A DNA stretch of 64,000 bases from Sedimentisphaerales bacterium. GTDB taxonomy: Bacteria; Planctomycetota; Phycisphaerae; Sedimentisphaerales; UBA12454. Positions 1 to 9,351 of this stretch are shown in pieces. The position numbers and the translations under genes were made by a program. A model generated the notes under the pieces. The model ran no database searches, was not told the DNA's origin, and worked only from the letters and a program-made list of their open reading frames with translations. Within the stretch, counting starts at the first letter, position 1; each line of letters begins with the position of its first letter. Location of the stretch: NCBI GenBank assembly GCA_049518795.1, contig JBEKRK010000003.1, forward strand, positions 99,854 through 163,853. The letters are read 5' to 3'.

Positions 1-319
1 AGCAATAATTTTTACCTTTGTTTATATAATCAGCATCTTCATAGGGGCTGTCAATGCCGGCGGCGATGCAGCGCATCTTGCAGGTATGGCAGTCGGCGCC
101 GGATATGTATATCTTTGGCCGAGATGGAAGAACAGGCAAAAAACTGTTTCAAACAGCGACGACTGGGAGAAAAAATTCAAGGCTTACAGCGAGCTTCAAA
201 AAGAAGTTGACAGGATTTTGGAAAAAGTGAACAGAGAGGGCATTTCGAGCCTGACCAAAAAAGAAAAAAAGATACTTGCCGAGGCTACGAAATTAGAACA
301 AATGAAAAGCCGGTTATAA
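1..319 (+). CDS. Rhomboid-family intramembrane serine protease, 3' part (5' end outside window)
   Basis: Frame 2 is open from nt 2. The translation AIIFTFVYIISIFIGAVNAGGDAAHLAGMAVGAGYVYLW has the rhomboid TM6 catalytic-His pattern inside a hydrophobic helix. The listed ORF 86..319 is only the tail. A terminator hairpin follows. Confidence 0.5.
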   Translation, partial: AIIFTFVYIISIFIGAVNAGGDAAHLAGMAVGAGYVYLWPRWKNRQKTVSNSDDWEKKFKAYSELQKEVDRILEKVNREGISSLTKKEKKILAEATKLEQMKSRL

Positions 320-321
320 AA

Positions 322-344
322 GCCCCTTCGATGAAGGGGCTTTT
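322..344. terminator. Bidirectional rho-independent terminator between convergent genes
   Basis: The hairpin GCCCCTTC-gat-GAAGGGGC (322-340) is preceded by an A-run and followed by TTTT (341-344). It lies between the stop at 319 (+) and the stop at 368 (-). Confidence 0.75.
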
Positions 345-367
345 AATTTATGGTTCTGGAGTTTTTT

Positions 368-1243
368 TTAATCCCAGTCGAACTGTCCGGACTGGTTAAT
401 CAGGTCATCCAAATGCTTTTTAATAAGCTCATCTTTGTTCTTTTTGTAATTTTCAAGTTCAGCCTGGCTGCTATTGACATTCTTTTGAAGCTCTTCAAGC
501 TTCTTTTTAAGCTCTTCATATTTGAGCTGCTTTTTCTGCAAAATCAGGTCGAACCTTTCGCTTGTTACTTCCTTCAACTGTGTCATTAGTTCCTTTTTTT
601 GTTTTGCGTCTGTGGCTGCTTTATATTTTTCGAGGAGTTCATTTCGTTTCTGTTTAAGACCGAGGTCCTTTTTGAGCAGCTCGGCCAATGCCGGATTTGT
701 TTGCTCGGCGTCAATAATCTCCCTGTATTTTTTCGTCTCGATAGACAATCTTCTCATATAAGCACGAGGGTCTTTTTCCTTCAAAGCGGCAAGTTCCTTT
801 GCTGTCTGAGGTTCATTTTTTTCGAGCCAGCTTATAAGTTCAGCTTCCATATTATGAAATCTGTCGCGGAGCATTTCTCTGCCTCTCATTGGTCCGCCTT
901 CCGTATCCTGCATAGGTCCTCCGCGATGAAACGGGCCGGGCTCAAGACCTTCCCTCGGTTCTTTATATTGCCAGGCGATTTTTCTCATTTCAACCTGGAA
1001 AAGCCGGGGGTTTTCCTGCCGCAGTTTCTCAAGTTTTTGGGCCTTGTTGGGGTCATCTGCTTTGACTTTTTCAAGAAGCTCTGCAATATAAGCTTCGTCA
1101 AATATAAATCCCAGTCTTTCCGGTGGTGCCGGTGCCTCTGTTATCGCTGGTTCAGCCTGATTGGCTTCCGCTGCATAAGCGAAAGTCGCTGCCAGAAAGA
1201 GGACAAGTATCAGCGGCAATGCCATTTTTTTGGTAACTTCCAT
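368..1243 (-). CDS. Secreted K/E-rich coiled-coil protein, function unknown (third gene of the ECF sigma module)
   Basis: The N-terminal signal peptide is MALPLILVLFLAATFAYAAEA. The remainder is charged and heptad-like. It lies 4 nt downstream of the anti-sigma candidate. The start may be the internal Met at 1225. Confidence 0.5.
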   Translation of the reverse strand: MEVTKKMALPLILVLFLAATFAYAAEANQAEPAITEAPAPPERLGFIFDEAYIAELLEKVKADDPNKAQKLEKLRQENPRLFQVEMRKIAWQYKEPREGLEPGPFHRGGPMQDTEGGPMRGREMLRDRFHNMEAELISWLEKNEPQTAKELAALKEKDPRAYMRRLSIETKKYREIIDAEQTNPALAELLKKDLGLKQKRNELLEKYKAATDAKQKKELMTQLKEVTSERFDLILQKKQLKYEELKKKLEELQKNVNSSQAELENYKKNKDELIKKHLDDLINQSGQFDWD

Positions 1244-1247
1244 TTTT

Positions 1248-1754
1248 TTATCCCTTCCAAAATGTATTTTCAGCTTCAGTTACTTCAATTTCTACCTGTT
1301 CGACCTGATCGGTAAGAATACCGTTTGTGCCGTTTCCTTCGCCATAATTTATGGCTGTCAGTTCATTTTTAAGCTGTTCTATTTCCGCCTCGAAAGATGA
1401 TATACTTGTGTCAGCGTTTTGCCACGGGGATGTTTGCTGTCCATTTTGTGCAGATTGGGTTGACCTGTTTCTGTTGAAATTCGACAATATAACAGCAGAG
1501 ACAATAATGATAATTGCTGCAACAGCCGCTGTTTTTAATAAAACCGTCGGCCAGTTTATTCGTTTTTGATTTTCGAGCTGATGCGCTATTTTTTGTTTTA
1601 TGTCTGCGAGTGTCTGATTAGTGGGAGCCGGCGCAGGAGATTTTTCAAAAAGCGCGTCTGCGGATGCGAAATCTTTCTTTATCTGTTCGGCCTGGTCGGG
1701 CGAAAAGAATTTTGATAAAAGCTCATCAATATTTTTGTTTTTAAATTCAGTCAT
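1248..1754 (-). CDS. Putative single-pass anti-sigma factor
   Basis: It overlaps the 3' end of the ECF sigma gene by 8 nt. It has one central TM helix (TVLLKTAAVAAIIIIVSAVILS) between a cytoplasmic N-terminus and an extracytoplasmic C-terminus. No named family was recognised. Confidence 0.45.
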   Translation of the reverse strand: MTEFKNKNIDELLSKFFSPDQAEQIKKDFASADALFEKSPAPAPTNQTLADIKQKIAHQLENQKRINWPTVLLKTAAVAAIIIIVSAVILSNFNRNRSTQSAQNGQQTSPWQNADTSISSFEAEIEQLKNELTAINYGEGNGTNGILTDQVEQVEIEVTEAENTFWKG

Positions 1755-2301
1755 TGCTATTTTCCATTAACTCTCGCAGTCTTTTTAGTCCGCGATGTAT
1801 CTTTGAAAGGCAGGTTCCGAGCGGTTCTTTTCGGATTTTTGCCAGTTCTTCAAAGCTCAGACCTGAATAATATCGCATAACGATAATTTCGGCTGTTTCA
1901 CCGTCGAGCCTTTGAAGTTGCCGAGTCAATTTGTCAGTCAAATAGCCGTCATTTGGTGAAAACGGCGTTTCAGTTTTAATCTCTTTTGCAGCCTGATTTA
2001 GCATTTTTTCCTGTCGTTTTTTAGCCCTGATGTAGTCCGTAAAGAGATTCGAGGCCGTTTTAAAGAGCCAGGCTTCGAAGGTTTCCGGCCGGCAGGTGCT
2101 GATTTTCTCAACTATTTTTAAAAAGAGCTCACTAAGCAGTTCATTTGAGTCGTCCCTATTGCCGGTTAATCTGTAAAAATAGCCGTATAAACGACCTGAG
2201 TAGCTGTCAACTAATTGTGAAAAACCATTTTTGTCGCCTTGCTGGCATAGTTTTACAAGTTGAATAACATCATTTGAACTACTCATTTTTTGCTTTTTCA
2301 T
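1747..2301 (-). CDS. ECF-type RNA polymerase sigma-70 factor
   Basis: A region 2-like segment (LYGYFYRLTGNRDDSNELLSELFLK) and a region 4 HTH (GLSFEELAKIRKEPLGTCLSKIHRGLKRLRE) are present. The 184-aa size is typical of ECF sigmas. Confidence 0.85.
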   Translation of the reverse strand: MKKQKMSSSNDVIQLVKLCQQGDKNGFSQLVDSYSGRLYGYFYRLTGNRDDSNELLSELFLKIVEKISTCRPETFEAWLFKTASNLFTDYIRAKKRQEKMLNQAAKEIKTETPFSPNDGYLTDKLTRQLQRLDGETAEIIVMRYYSGLSFEELAKIRKEPLGTCLSKIHRGLKRLRELMENSND

Positions 2302-2425
2302 TAGTTAAGACGCCCGGCAGAAGGGCTTTATTGCATAATATTGACGAAAGTTAATTATTATTATCGACTTTTTTGATGCAGAAATATTAAGGATTTATGG
2401 ACTCTGGAATTAAAAAACAATTTTC

Positions 2426-2454
2426 TTTACTTATATTAGCTTAGTTTCTATAAT
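2426..2454 (+). promoter_or_regulatory. Candidate sigma-70 promoter of rplU
   Basis: TATAAT lies at 2449-2454, with TTTACT at 2426-2431 (17-nt spacer). An AGGAG RBS sits about 10 nt before the ATG at 2504. Confidence 0.35.
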
Positions 2455-2503
2455 ACCTCGCTTTCAAAAAGTTCATTATTTTAATTTCAGGAGTTTAAAA
2501 CAG

Positions 2504-2833
2504 ATGTATGCTGTTATAGAGCAAGGCGGTAAGCAACATAAGGTTGCACAGGGCGACCGTTTACAAATCGAATTGACTGAAGTTGCCGATGATGCAAAGA
2601 CAATAGATATGAATAAGGTTTTGTTTGTTGCCGATGGCAAAGATTATAAAATTGGCACGCCTTACCTTGAAGGGGCGAAGGTAACGGGTAAATTTGCTGG
2701 GACAGCCGCCGAATCAATAGTAAAGGGCGAGAAATTATTTCCGACTCATTTCAGACGACGCAAAAACAGCAAAAAACGCACCGGCCATCGTCAGAAATAT
2801 ATGGAATTAACCATCGAAAAGATTACCGTCTAA
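2504..2833 (+). CDS. rplU: 50S ribosomal protein L21
   Basis: MYAVIEQGGKQHKVAQGDRLQIE... is the canonical L21 N-terminus. Length is 109 aa. Confidence 0.95.
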   Translation: MYAVIEQGGKQHKVAQGDRLQIELTEVADDAKTIDMNKVLFVADGKDYKIGTPYLEGAKVTGKFAGTAAESIVKGEKLFPTHFRRRKNSKKRTGHRQKYMELTIEKITV

Positions 2834-4686
2834 TCTTTTTTGTATCCCAGGTATATTTCCATTCCGCATTTTCCGCAAAGAAAGTGAACTTCATATTTCC
2901 TGTCGTCTTCATCCTGTAAAATCAGCGGCTCTGCAGGATTTTCAGAATCTGTCTGTCGGCAAAGGTTAAGCTCTTTCCTTAGGCAATACTTTGTTTTCAT
3001 AACCACTTTTCCGGTTAAATCCAAACCTGATTCCGCCGCCGGCTCAATAGTCTCAACACCGTGCCGATGAAAAAAATCCTCTGCCTTTTTATTCAGCACA
3101 TTGCCGGTAAAACACAAATGCTTTTGCGGGTAAGCAACATTGTTTTTTGAAATTTTTAAAGTCGAACGAGGACGATTAAACTCTCGCATTTCCAGTAGTT
3201 GCTTAATAAGCTGTCTTCTGGCATCATTTAATTGAGAAGCAGGCATAAAATACATATCCTGTGTCTCAAATTTCAAATCAGAACACTGGAAAATAGTATT
3301 TCCAAGTCTCGTAAGCTGATTGTGAAAAGCTTCTTTAGCCGTTTCTTTTTTCAGAGCTGGTTTTTTGCCGCTTTTTATTTCCACTTCTGCATTGTTCCCA
3401 TCTTCATCAGTGCCTGTCAATATCAAACCATTTTCTGTTTCTTTTATTATTAAAGAAATGCTGATTTTCCGTTCAGCAGGATTATTAGTGAGCTTATGGA
3501 CGAATTGGGAATCGTAATTTCGATAAATTTTTTGGCCTGCAAAAATATCTTCAATCTTTTGCGGATAAATCTTCTGTCCCTCGACACGGTTGACGGTTGT
3601 TCCAAGCAGATTTTGCTGATGGTCGAAAAAGCAAATCCCATCGCCATTATGTAATTCCTGTCTGCTATCGATTAAAAAGAAGGATTTTTCTGCTTTTTTT
3701 ACAATTCCTATAAATTCGCCAATAGATTTTGGCGTATCAATCGAGCCGAAACCGGATAATTTTCTCATAAGGCCGTAGTCGGTAAATCCGCGATTGAAGG
3801 TTTTTCCCAGATTCGGCTCGAAATTCAATTTTATCGAGCCGGAGGAGCTTTTCTGAAGTTTTTTCTTTTCGAGAATTCTATCAAGTAACTGGCGATAATA
3901 AGCTGTAGCATTGACGACATAAGGAATATCTTTTAATCGGCCTTCAATTTTGAATGCACTAACACCCGCGTCAATCAATTCTTCAAGATATTCGGAAAGA
4001 TTAAGGTCTTTAAGCGACAGCAGGTATCTGTCTTTAACAATGGTTTTGCCGTTTTTATCTTTAAGGCTGTAGAGCCTTCTGCACGGCTGGGCGCATTGTC
4101 CGCGGTTGCCGCTTCGTCCGCCGATAGCATAACTTAATAAGCAAAGTCCGCTTGCTCCAACGCATAATGCGCCGTGAATGAAACATTCCAGTTCGATGGT
4201 AGTTCGGCTGCGGATATGCTGAATCTCTTTAAGCGAAAGTTCTCGCGCCAATATTGCCCGGCTGAAACCAACGCCCTGCAGGAATTTGACTTTTTCGAGC
4301 GTGCAGTTATCCATCTGCGTGCTGGCAATGAGCGGTATAGGCGGCAAATCCAATTCTAATAAGCCGACATCCTGAATAATCAGCCCATCGATTCCTATTT
4401 TATATAGCTGTTTAATTATCTTCTCCGCTATCGGCAGCTCGTCATCATATAACAATATATTGAGCGTAACATAAACTTTTGTGTAATATTGATGTGCGAA
4501 TTCCGTAACTTTCTGAATGTCCTCTATTGTGTTTGACGTTGCCTGGCGGGCGCCGAATCTTTCAGCGCCGATATAAACGGCATCTGCTCCGGCTTGTATT
4601 GCTGTGATTGCTGTTGAGGCGTCTTTGGCGGGCGCTAATAATTCAATCTTTCTGGTCATTGATGTTTGTTGCGGCAGGGGATTCAA
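2830..4686 (-). CDS. Peptidase U32 family protein (YdcP/RlhA-like, long form)
   Basis: The N-terminus KIELLAPAKDASTAITAIQAGADAVYIGAERFGARQ, a TIM-barrel-like core and the Cys-rich segment GNRGQCAQPCR are typical of U32. Its stop overlaps the rplU stop. Confidence 0.85.
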   Translation of the reverse strand: MNPLPQQTSMTRKIELLAPAKDASTAITAIQAGADAVYIGAERFGARQATSNTIEDIQKVTEFAHQYYTKVYVTLNILLYDDELPIAEKIIKQLYKIGIDGLIIQDVGLLELDLPPIPLIASTQMDNCTLEKVKFLQGVGFSRAILARELSLKEIQHIRSRTTIELECFIHGALCVGASGLCLLSYAIGGRSGNRGQCAQPCRRLYSLKDKNGKTIVKDRYLLSLKDLNLSEYLEELIDAGVSAFKIEGRLKDIPYVVNATAYYRQLLDRILEKKKLQKSSSGSIKLNFEPNLGKTFNRGFTDYGLMRKLSGFGSIDTPKSIGEFIGIVKKAEKSFFLIDSRQELHNGDGICFFDHQQNLLGTTVNRVEGQKIYPQKIEDIFAGQKIYRNYDSQFVHKLTNNPAERKISISLIIKETENGLILTGTDEDGNNAEVEIKSGKKPALKKETAKEAFHNQLTRLGNTIFQCSDLKFETQDMYFMPASQLNDARRQLIKQLLEMREFNRPRSTLKISKNNVAYPQKHLCFTGNVLNKKAEDFFHRHGVETIEPAAESGLDLTGKVVMKTKYCLRKELNLCRQTDSENPAEPLILQDEDDRKYEVHFLCGKCGMEIYLGYKKD

Positions 4687-5302
4687 TTATTTTCCTGGCA
4701 TATTTACGCCAGTTTGCCGAACCGTTCTGAACAAAATAATCGAATGATACATCGCCGGCAAGTTCACCCAAAAGCGTTTTGCGTTCGGTTGCGTCCGACA
4801 CTTCTTCCATAATGTATTTTCGGATTGTTTCAAGCTCAGTCAGAAATTCGCCGTGCTTTTCGGTGAAGATGCCTTCGAGTTTTTGCCTGATATGTCCCGC
4901 ATAAGCCGGGCTGTATCCTTCAGTGCCGATTGCTATCTGTAGGTCGCCGCGTTTGACAACGGCCGGAACAAAAAAATCGCAAAGCTCAGGGTCATCCGCC
5001 ACGTTGCATAGCACCTCAAGCTGCTGGCAGTCTTTGTAAATCTGCTCATTTAGTTCTTCATCATTTGTCGCGGCAAAGGCAATTGCTGCGCCGGCGAGAT
5101 AGTCTTTTGAATATTTTGCCTCGACAAATTCAGTATCCGTATTTTTACATCTGGTTTTCAGGACCTCGTCAATCTGGTCGGCGACAACAACAACACGGGC
5201 CTGTGCGTCCAGGAGGCTCAATATTTTTCTTGCGGCGACGGAGCCTCCGCCGATGACTACTGCGCGTTTTGATTTCAGATTTAAAAAGATGGGGTATTTC
5301 AT
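4643..5302 (-). CDS. Precorrin-2 dehydrogenase / sirohydrochlorin ferrochelatase (SirC / CysG N-terminal domain type)
   Basis: PIFLNLKSKRAVVIGGGSVAARKILSLL shows the Rossmann motif of siroheme synthase N-domains. I moved the start to MKYPIF (5302); the ORF track extends to 5341. Confidence 0.8.
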   Translation of the reverse strand: MKYPIFLNLKSKRAVVIGGGSVAARKILSLLDAQARVVVVADQIDEVLKTRCKNTDTEFVEAKYSKDYLAGAAIAFAATNDEELNEQIYKDCQQLEVLCNVADDPELCDFFVPAVVKRGDLQIAIGTEGYSPAYAGHIRQKLEGIFTEKHGEFLTELETIRKYIMEEVSDATERKTLLGELAGDVSFDYFVQNGSANWRKYARKIIESPAATNINDQKD

Positions 5303-5413
5303 AGCGATGTATATAATAGCACTTTTCGGGCCTTGCAGCAACCAATTTTGATGTGCAAAAGACGCTTTTTTGTGTAAAATACGCTTATTAAGTTGATTTT
5401 ACCGGAAAATATT

Positions 5414-5947
5414 ATGAAGAAAATAATAACTCCTTTGACTGATGAAGTAATTCGCTCTCTTAAAGCCGGCGACGAAGTATCCATAAGCGGCGTCGTTTAC
5501 ACGGCACGCGATGCGGCGCATAAAAGACTTTGCGAACTTATTGAAAAAAAAGAAAAATTGCCGATACCTATTGAAGGTCAGATTTTTTATTTTGTTGGTC
5601 CCACGCCTGCCCGGCCGGGAAAGGTAATTGGTTCGGCAGGACCGACGACATCGGCAAGAATGGATAATTTCTCGCCCGTTCTTTTATCCGCAGGACTGAA
5701 GGGAATGATTGGCAAAGGCTATCGCTCCGATGCTGTAAAAGATGCGCTGAAAAAATATTGTGCGGTTCATTTTGCCGCGCTCGGCGGGGCAGGGGCGCTT
5801 TTAAGCCAATATATAATATCCGCACAAGTCGTCGCGTATGAGGATTTAGGCACGGAAGCCATAAGGAAACTCCAAATCAAAGATTTCCCGGCTGTTGTAG
5901 CTTATGATTCTTTCGGAAACAGCGTTTATAAGAAAGTTGGCCAATGA
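5414..5947 (+). CDS. Fe-S hydro-lyase beta subunit (class I fumarate hydratase / tartrate dehydratase beta type)
   Basis: ISGVVYTARDAAHKRL...FYFVGPTPARPGKVIGSAGPTTSARMD matches the FumA C-terminal/TtdB family pattern. I moved the start to MKKIITPL. Confidence 0.75.
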   Translation: MKKIITPLTDEVIRSLKAGDEVSISGVVYTARDAAHKRLCELIEKKEKLPIPIEGQIFYFVGPTPARPGKVIGSAGPTTSARMDNFSPVLLSAGLKGMIGKGYRSDAVKDALKKYCAVHFAALGGAGALLSQYIISAQVVAYEDLGTEAIRKLQIKDFPAVVAYDSFGNSVYKKVGQ

Positions 5948-6999
5948 AAGCGGCATTTCTCGGAATAATCGGTTCAGGCAAAAGCACATTGCTCGCAGCA
6001 GTCAGCGGCAAAAAGCTAAGTCATACCGGAGCGGCGCAGATTGAAGAAATAATTACCCCTGTGCCGGATGAAAGACTCGACTGGCTTTTTAACCACTATA
6101 AACCAAAAAAGAAAGTCAACGCAATGATAGATTGTCTTGATTTGCCGGGTCTGTCTTTTGCAGACGACCATACCAGAACTGCTGCAAAAAGACTGCTTGA
6201 CCAGGTGCGGACAAGCGAGCTTCTTGTGCTGGTTATAAGAGCGTTCGACACTGCCGGCATGAAAGCGGAGCCTTTAAAAGAGCTTTCGGATTTAATGACC
6301 GAATTGCTTCTTGCAGACCTTGGGCTTGTTGAGACACGAATTGACAAGCTCCAGAAACAGCTTCATAAGCCGACAAAAGATGTAGCAAAACAAAAAGAAG
6401 AACTATCGCTTCATTTAAAGTTAAAACAGACTATCGAATCTGAAAAACCATTAAAGACGGCAATCACAACTCCACAGGAGCTTGAACTTATAAAGCCGCT
6501 CGGCTTTCTGACGTTAAAACCGGTAGTTGTCGTTTTTAATACTGCGGAAAGTAATCCCGCGCAAGCCTTTGATACCGCCGGCATTATTGATTCGTCGATA
6601 CCGGTAATTTCTATCTGTGCGGAGATTGAATATGAGATAAGTCAGCTTGACGAGGCGAGCAAAGCGGAGTTTATGGAGGATTTAGGTCTGACTGAATCTG
6701 CTGCGAATAAATTTGTCCGAAGCTGTTATTCTTCACTTGGCCTGATTAACTTTTTCACAGTCGGCGATGACGAGACACGGGCCTGGCCGATAAAAGTCGG
6801 CACAACAGCGGTTGAAGCGGCAGGTAAAGTTCACAGTGATATAGCGCGCGGTTTTATACGAGCCGAGACGATGCACTTTGAGGATTTGAAAAGAATAGGC
6901 GACGAAAAAGCGGTTAAGGCCGCCGGCAAAATGCACCTTGAAGGCAAAAGCTACATCGTTCAGGACGGCGACATAATATGTTTCAGGTTTAATGTTTAA
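5944..6999 (+). CDS. ychF: YchF-like ribosome-binding ATPase/GTPase
   Basis: The P-loop is GIIGSGKSTLLAAVSG. The C-terminal TGS-like end KSYIVQDGDIICFRFNV is characteristic of YchF. An ATGA overlap links it to the upstream gene. Confidence 0.7.
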   Translation: MKAAFLGIIGSGKSTLLAAVSGKKLSHTGAAQIEEIITPVPDERLDWLFNHYKPKKKVNAMIDCLDLPGLSFADDHTRTAAKRLLDQVRTSELLVLVIRAFDTAGMKAEPLKELSDLMTELLLADLGLVETRIDKLQKQLHKPTKDVAKQKEELSLHLKLKQTIESEKPLKTAITTPQELELIKPLGFLTLKPVVVVFNTAESNPAQAFDTAGIIDSSIPVISICAEIEYEISQLDEASKAEFMEDLGLTESAANKFVRSCYSSLGLINFFTVGDDETRAWPIKVGTTAVEAAGKVHSDIARGFIRAETMHFEDLKRIGDEKAVKAAGKMHLEGKSYIVQDGDIICFRFNV

Positions 7000-7011
7000 G
7001 ATTAGTTTTAT

Positions 7012-8046
7012 ATGAAAGCATTAGCTTTAACAGGATTGAACCATCTCGAATTTATCGATGTTCCGGAGCCTCAGATAAAAAACGATACGGATGTGCTGCT
7101 TAAGCTCGCCGCTGCCGGGGTATGCGGCAGCGATGTCCATTATTACCAAACCGGCAGAGTAGGCGCACAGGTTGTTACTTTCCCCTATCGTATCGGACAC
7201 GAATGTTCCGCGATAGTTGCTCAAATCGGCAAAGCCGTCAAAAATGTAAAAGTCGGCGATAAAGTCGTAGTTGAACCTGCTGTCTCCTGTCATAATTGCG
7301 ACCAGTGCAATTTGGGCAGGGAAAATACCTGCCCAAATTTGAAATTTCTCGGCACTCCCGGCCAGGCCGACGGCTGCTTTTGCCAGTATATGGTTATGCC
7401 GCAGGAAAACTGCCTTGTAGTCGGCGATAAACTTACGCTTATTCAGGCCGCATTGTGCGAGCCTTTTACCATAGGCTTATATGCCGTAAAACAGGGACAA
7501 ACCTCTCATAATGATAAAATCGCGATTCTCGGCTCAGGGTCGATAGGTTTAAGCTGTATGATTGCGGCCAGGATAAAAGGTGCCGGTAAAATTTATATGA
7601 CCGATAAACTCGATTATCGTCTTGCTGTCGCTAAAAAATACGGTGCAGACTGGACAGGCAATCCCGACAAAAACGATATTGTCAGCCAGATTTGCAAAAT
7701 TGAATCTGGCGGAGTTGATGCGGTTTACGAATGCGCAGGAAAGCAGAGCACTATTGACGAGGCAATTGAAATTTTGCGTCCCGGCGGGAAACTCGTCCTT
7801 GTCGGTATCCCGCGGGAGGATAGAATTTCTTTCAGTATTGATAAAATCCGTAGGAAGGAAATTACGATTATAAATATCCGCAGGCAAAACCGGACTACTA
7901 AAGATTCGATTGAACTCCTCACGGCAAAAAAAGTGAATATTGATTTTTTAGTTACTCACAAATTTAAGTTTGCCGATTCGATAAAAGCTTTTGAAATTGT
8001 CGCCGGCTACAAAGACGGCGTCCTAAAAGCAATGATTGAATTTTGA
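7012..8046 (+). CDS. Zinc-dependent alcohol/polyol dehydrogenase (MDR family)
   Basis: It has the catalytic Zn motif GVCGSDVHYY...GHECSA, the structural Zn Cys cluster CHNCDQCNLGRENTC and the Rossmann motif ILGSGSIG. Confidence 0.85.
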   Translation: MKALALTGLNHLEFIDVPEPQIKNDTDVLLKLAAAGVCGSDVHYYQTGRVGAQVVTFPYRIGHECSAIVAQIGKAVKNVKVGDKVVVEPAVSCHNCDQCNLGRENTCPNLKFLGTPGQADGCFCQYMVMPQENCLVVGDKLTLIQAALCEPFTIGLYAVKQGQTSHNDKIAILGSGSIGLSCMIAARIKGAGKIYMTDKLDYRLAVAKKYGADWTGNPDKNDIVSQICKIESGGVDAVYECAGKQSTIDEAIEILRPGGKLVLVGIPREDRISFSIDKIRRKEITIINIRRQNRTTKDSIELLTAKKVNIDFLVTHKFKFADSIKAFEIVAGYKDGVLKAMIEF

Positions 8047-8049
8047 TAT

Positions 8050-9291
8050 ATGTCAAATGCTGCGATAATAAGTGTTGGAAACGAGCTTTTAAACGGCAAT
8101 ACTGTTGATACAAACAGTAACTGGCTTTGCAGCAGGCTGATTTCTGAATCAATCCCTGTTGTTTACAGTTGTGCCATTACTGATGATATTGAGGAGATTA
8201 AAAACGCCATTAAATACGCATCTGCCAAAGCGGATATCATTTTAATTACCGGCGGTTTAGGCCCAACGGATGATGATCTGACGAGAGATGGAATTGCGAA
8301 ATTTCTTGGTGTTGGACTTGAATATAAGCCGGAAATTTTTGAAAAAATTAAAAAGTTCTTTGCCGTCAGAAATTATCCGATGCCGGAAAGAAACAAAATT
8401 CAGGCATATTTTCCTGTGGGCACAAGCGAAATTGAAAATGATCTCGGCACCGCGCCGGGAATATTTTACAAGGATGGCAAAAAAATAATCGCATCGTTCC
8501 CTGGCGTGCCTTCTGAAATGAAACTTATGTTTGATAAGTCTGTTTTACCGAGGCTGAAAAAATTTGCAAGGGGTGACGTTTTAGTTGCAAGAAAAGTCAG
8601 ATGTGTCGGAGCCGGCGAATCAGCGATAGCTGAAATGCTCGGCGATTTAATGAGACGCGACCGTAATCCTCTGATTAACTGCACCGTGGCCGCTGGGATT
8701 ATTACTCTGCATATTATCGCACGGGCAAAGGACAAAGAAAAAGCTGCTGCATTAGCCCAGGATGATATTCAAAGGCTTCAAGGCATTCTCGGCAAACTTG
8801 TTTATGGGCTGGACGAGCAAAGTCTGGCTGAAGTTGTCGGTCAAAAACTCATAGAGGAAAACAGAACTCTCGTTGTAGCTGAATCCTGCACCGGCGGTCT
8901 AATCTCCAAAATAATTACCGATATTGCCGGTTCGAGCAGATATTTTCTCAACGGCTGGGTTACGTATAGCAATGAGTCTAAAGTATCAGAAATTGGCGTG
9001 CAAAAAGAATTGATTGAAAAATTCGGTGCGGTCAGCGGCGAGGTTGCAAAGGCAATGGCAATGGGAGCAAAGAGAAAAAGCGGCGCAGATTTCGCAATAG
9101 CCGTTACGGGAATAGCTGGCCCCGACGGCGGAACTGAACAAAAACCTGTTGGCTTGGTATATATTTCTGTAGCATACCCGGATGGTGCAATTGCGGAGAA
9201 ATTTTTATTTGGCACAAGGGATAGAGATTTTATCAGACTTAGAGCTTCACAAAATGCCCTTAATTTGCTTAGATTAAGGTTGGGTATTTGA
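8050..9291 (+). CDS. cinA: CinA family protein (MoCF-binding domain + nicotinamide-nucleotide amidase PncC domain)
   Basis: IISVGNELLNGNTVDTNSNWL at the N-terminus and ESCTGGLISKIITDIAGSS...VTGIAGPDGG at the C-terminus are both typical CinA signatures. Confidence 0.9.
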   Translation: MSNAAIISVGNELLNGNTVDTNSNWLCSRLISESIPVVYSCAITDDIEEIKNAIKYASAKADIILITGGLGPTDDDLTRDGIAKFLGVGLEYKPEIFEKIKKFFAVRNYPMPERNKIQAYFPVGTSEIENDLGTAPGIFYKDGKKIIASFPGVPSEMKLMFDKSVLPRLKKFARGDVLVARKVRCVGAGESAIAEMLGDLMRRDRNPLINCTVAAGIITLHIIARAKDKEKAAALAQDDIQRLQGILGKLVYGLDEQSLAEVVGQKLIEENRTLVVAESCTGGLISKIITDIAGSSRYFLNGWVTYSNESKVSEIGVQKELIEKFGAVSGEVAKAMAMGAKRKSGADFAIAVTGIAGPDGGTEQKPVGLVYISVAYPDGAIAEKFLFGTRDRDFIRLRASQNALNLLRLRLGI

Positions 9292-9351
9292 TTTATTAGG
9301 CCGATATGTTATATTAGGTAAATGCGCAGAAAATCTATTTAATAAAAGATT

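Noticed and set aside
599-1315. Long antisense ORFs, here and at 13727-14416, 14722-15478, 36337-37044, 54126-54950, 11198-11785 and 9387-9806.
   Set aside because: Each overlaps a strongly supported gene on the other strand and has an unnatural composition. All were treated as shadow ORFs.
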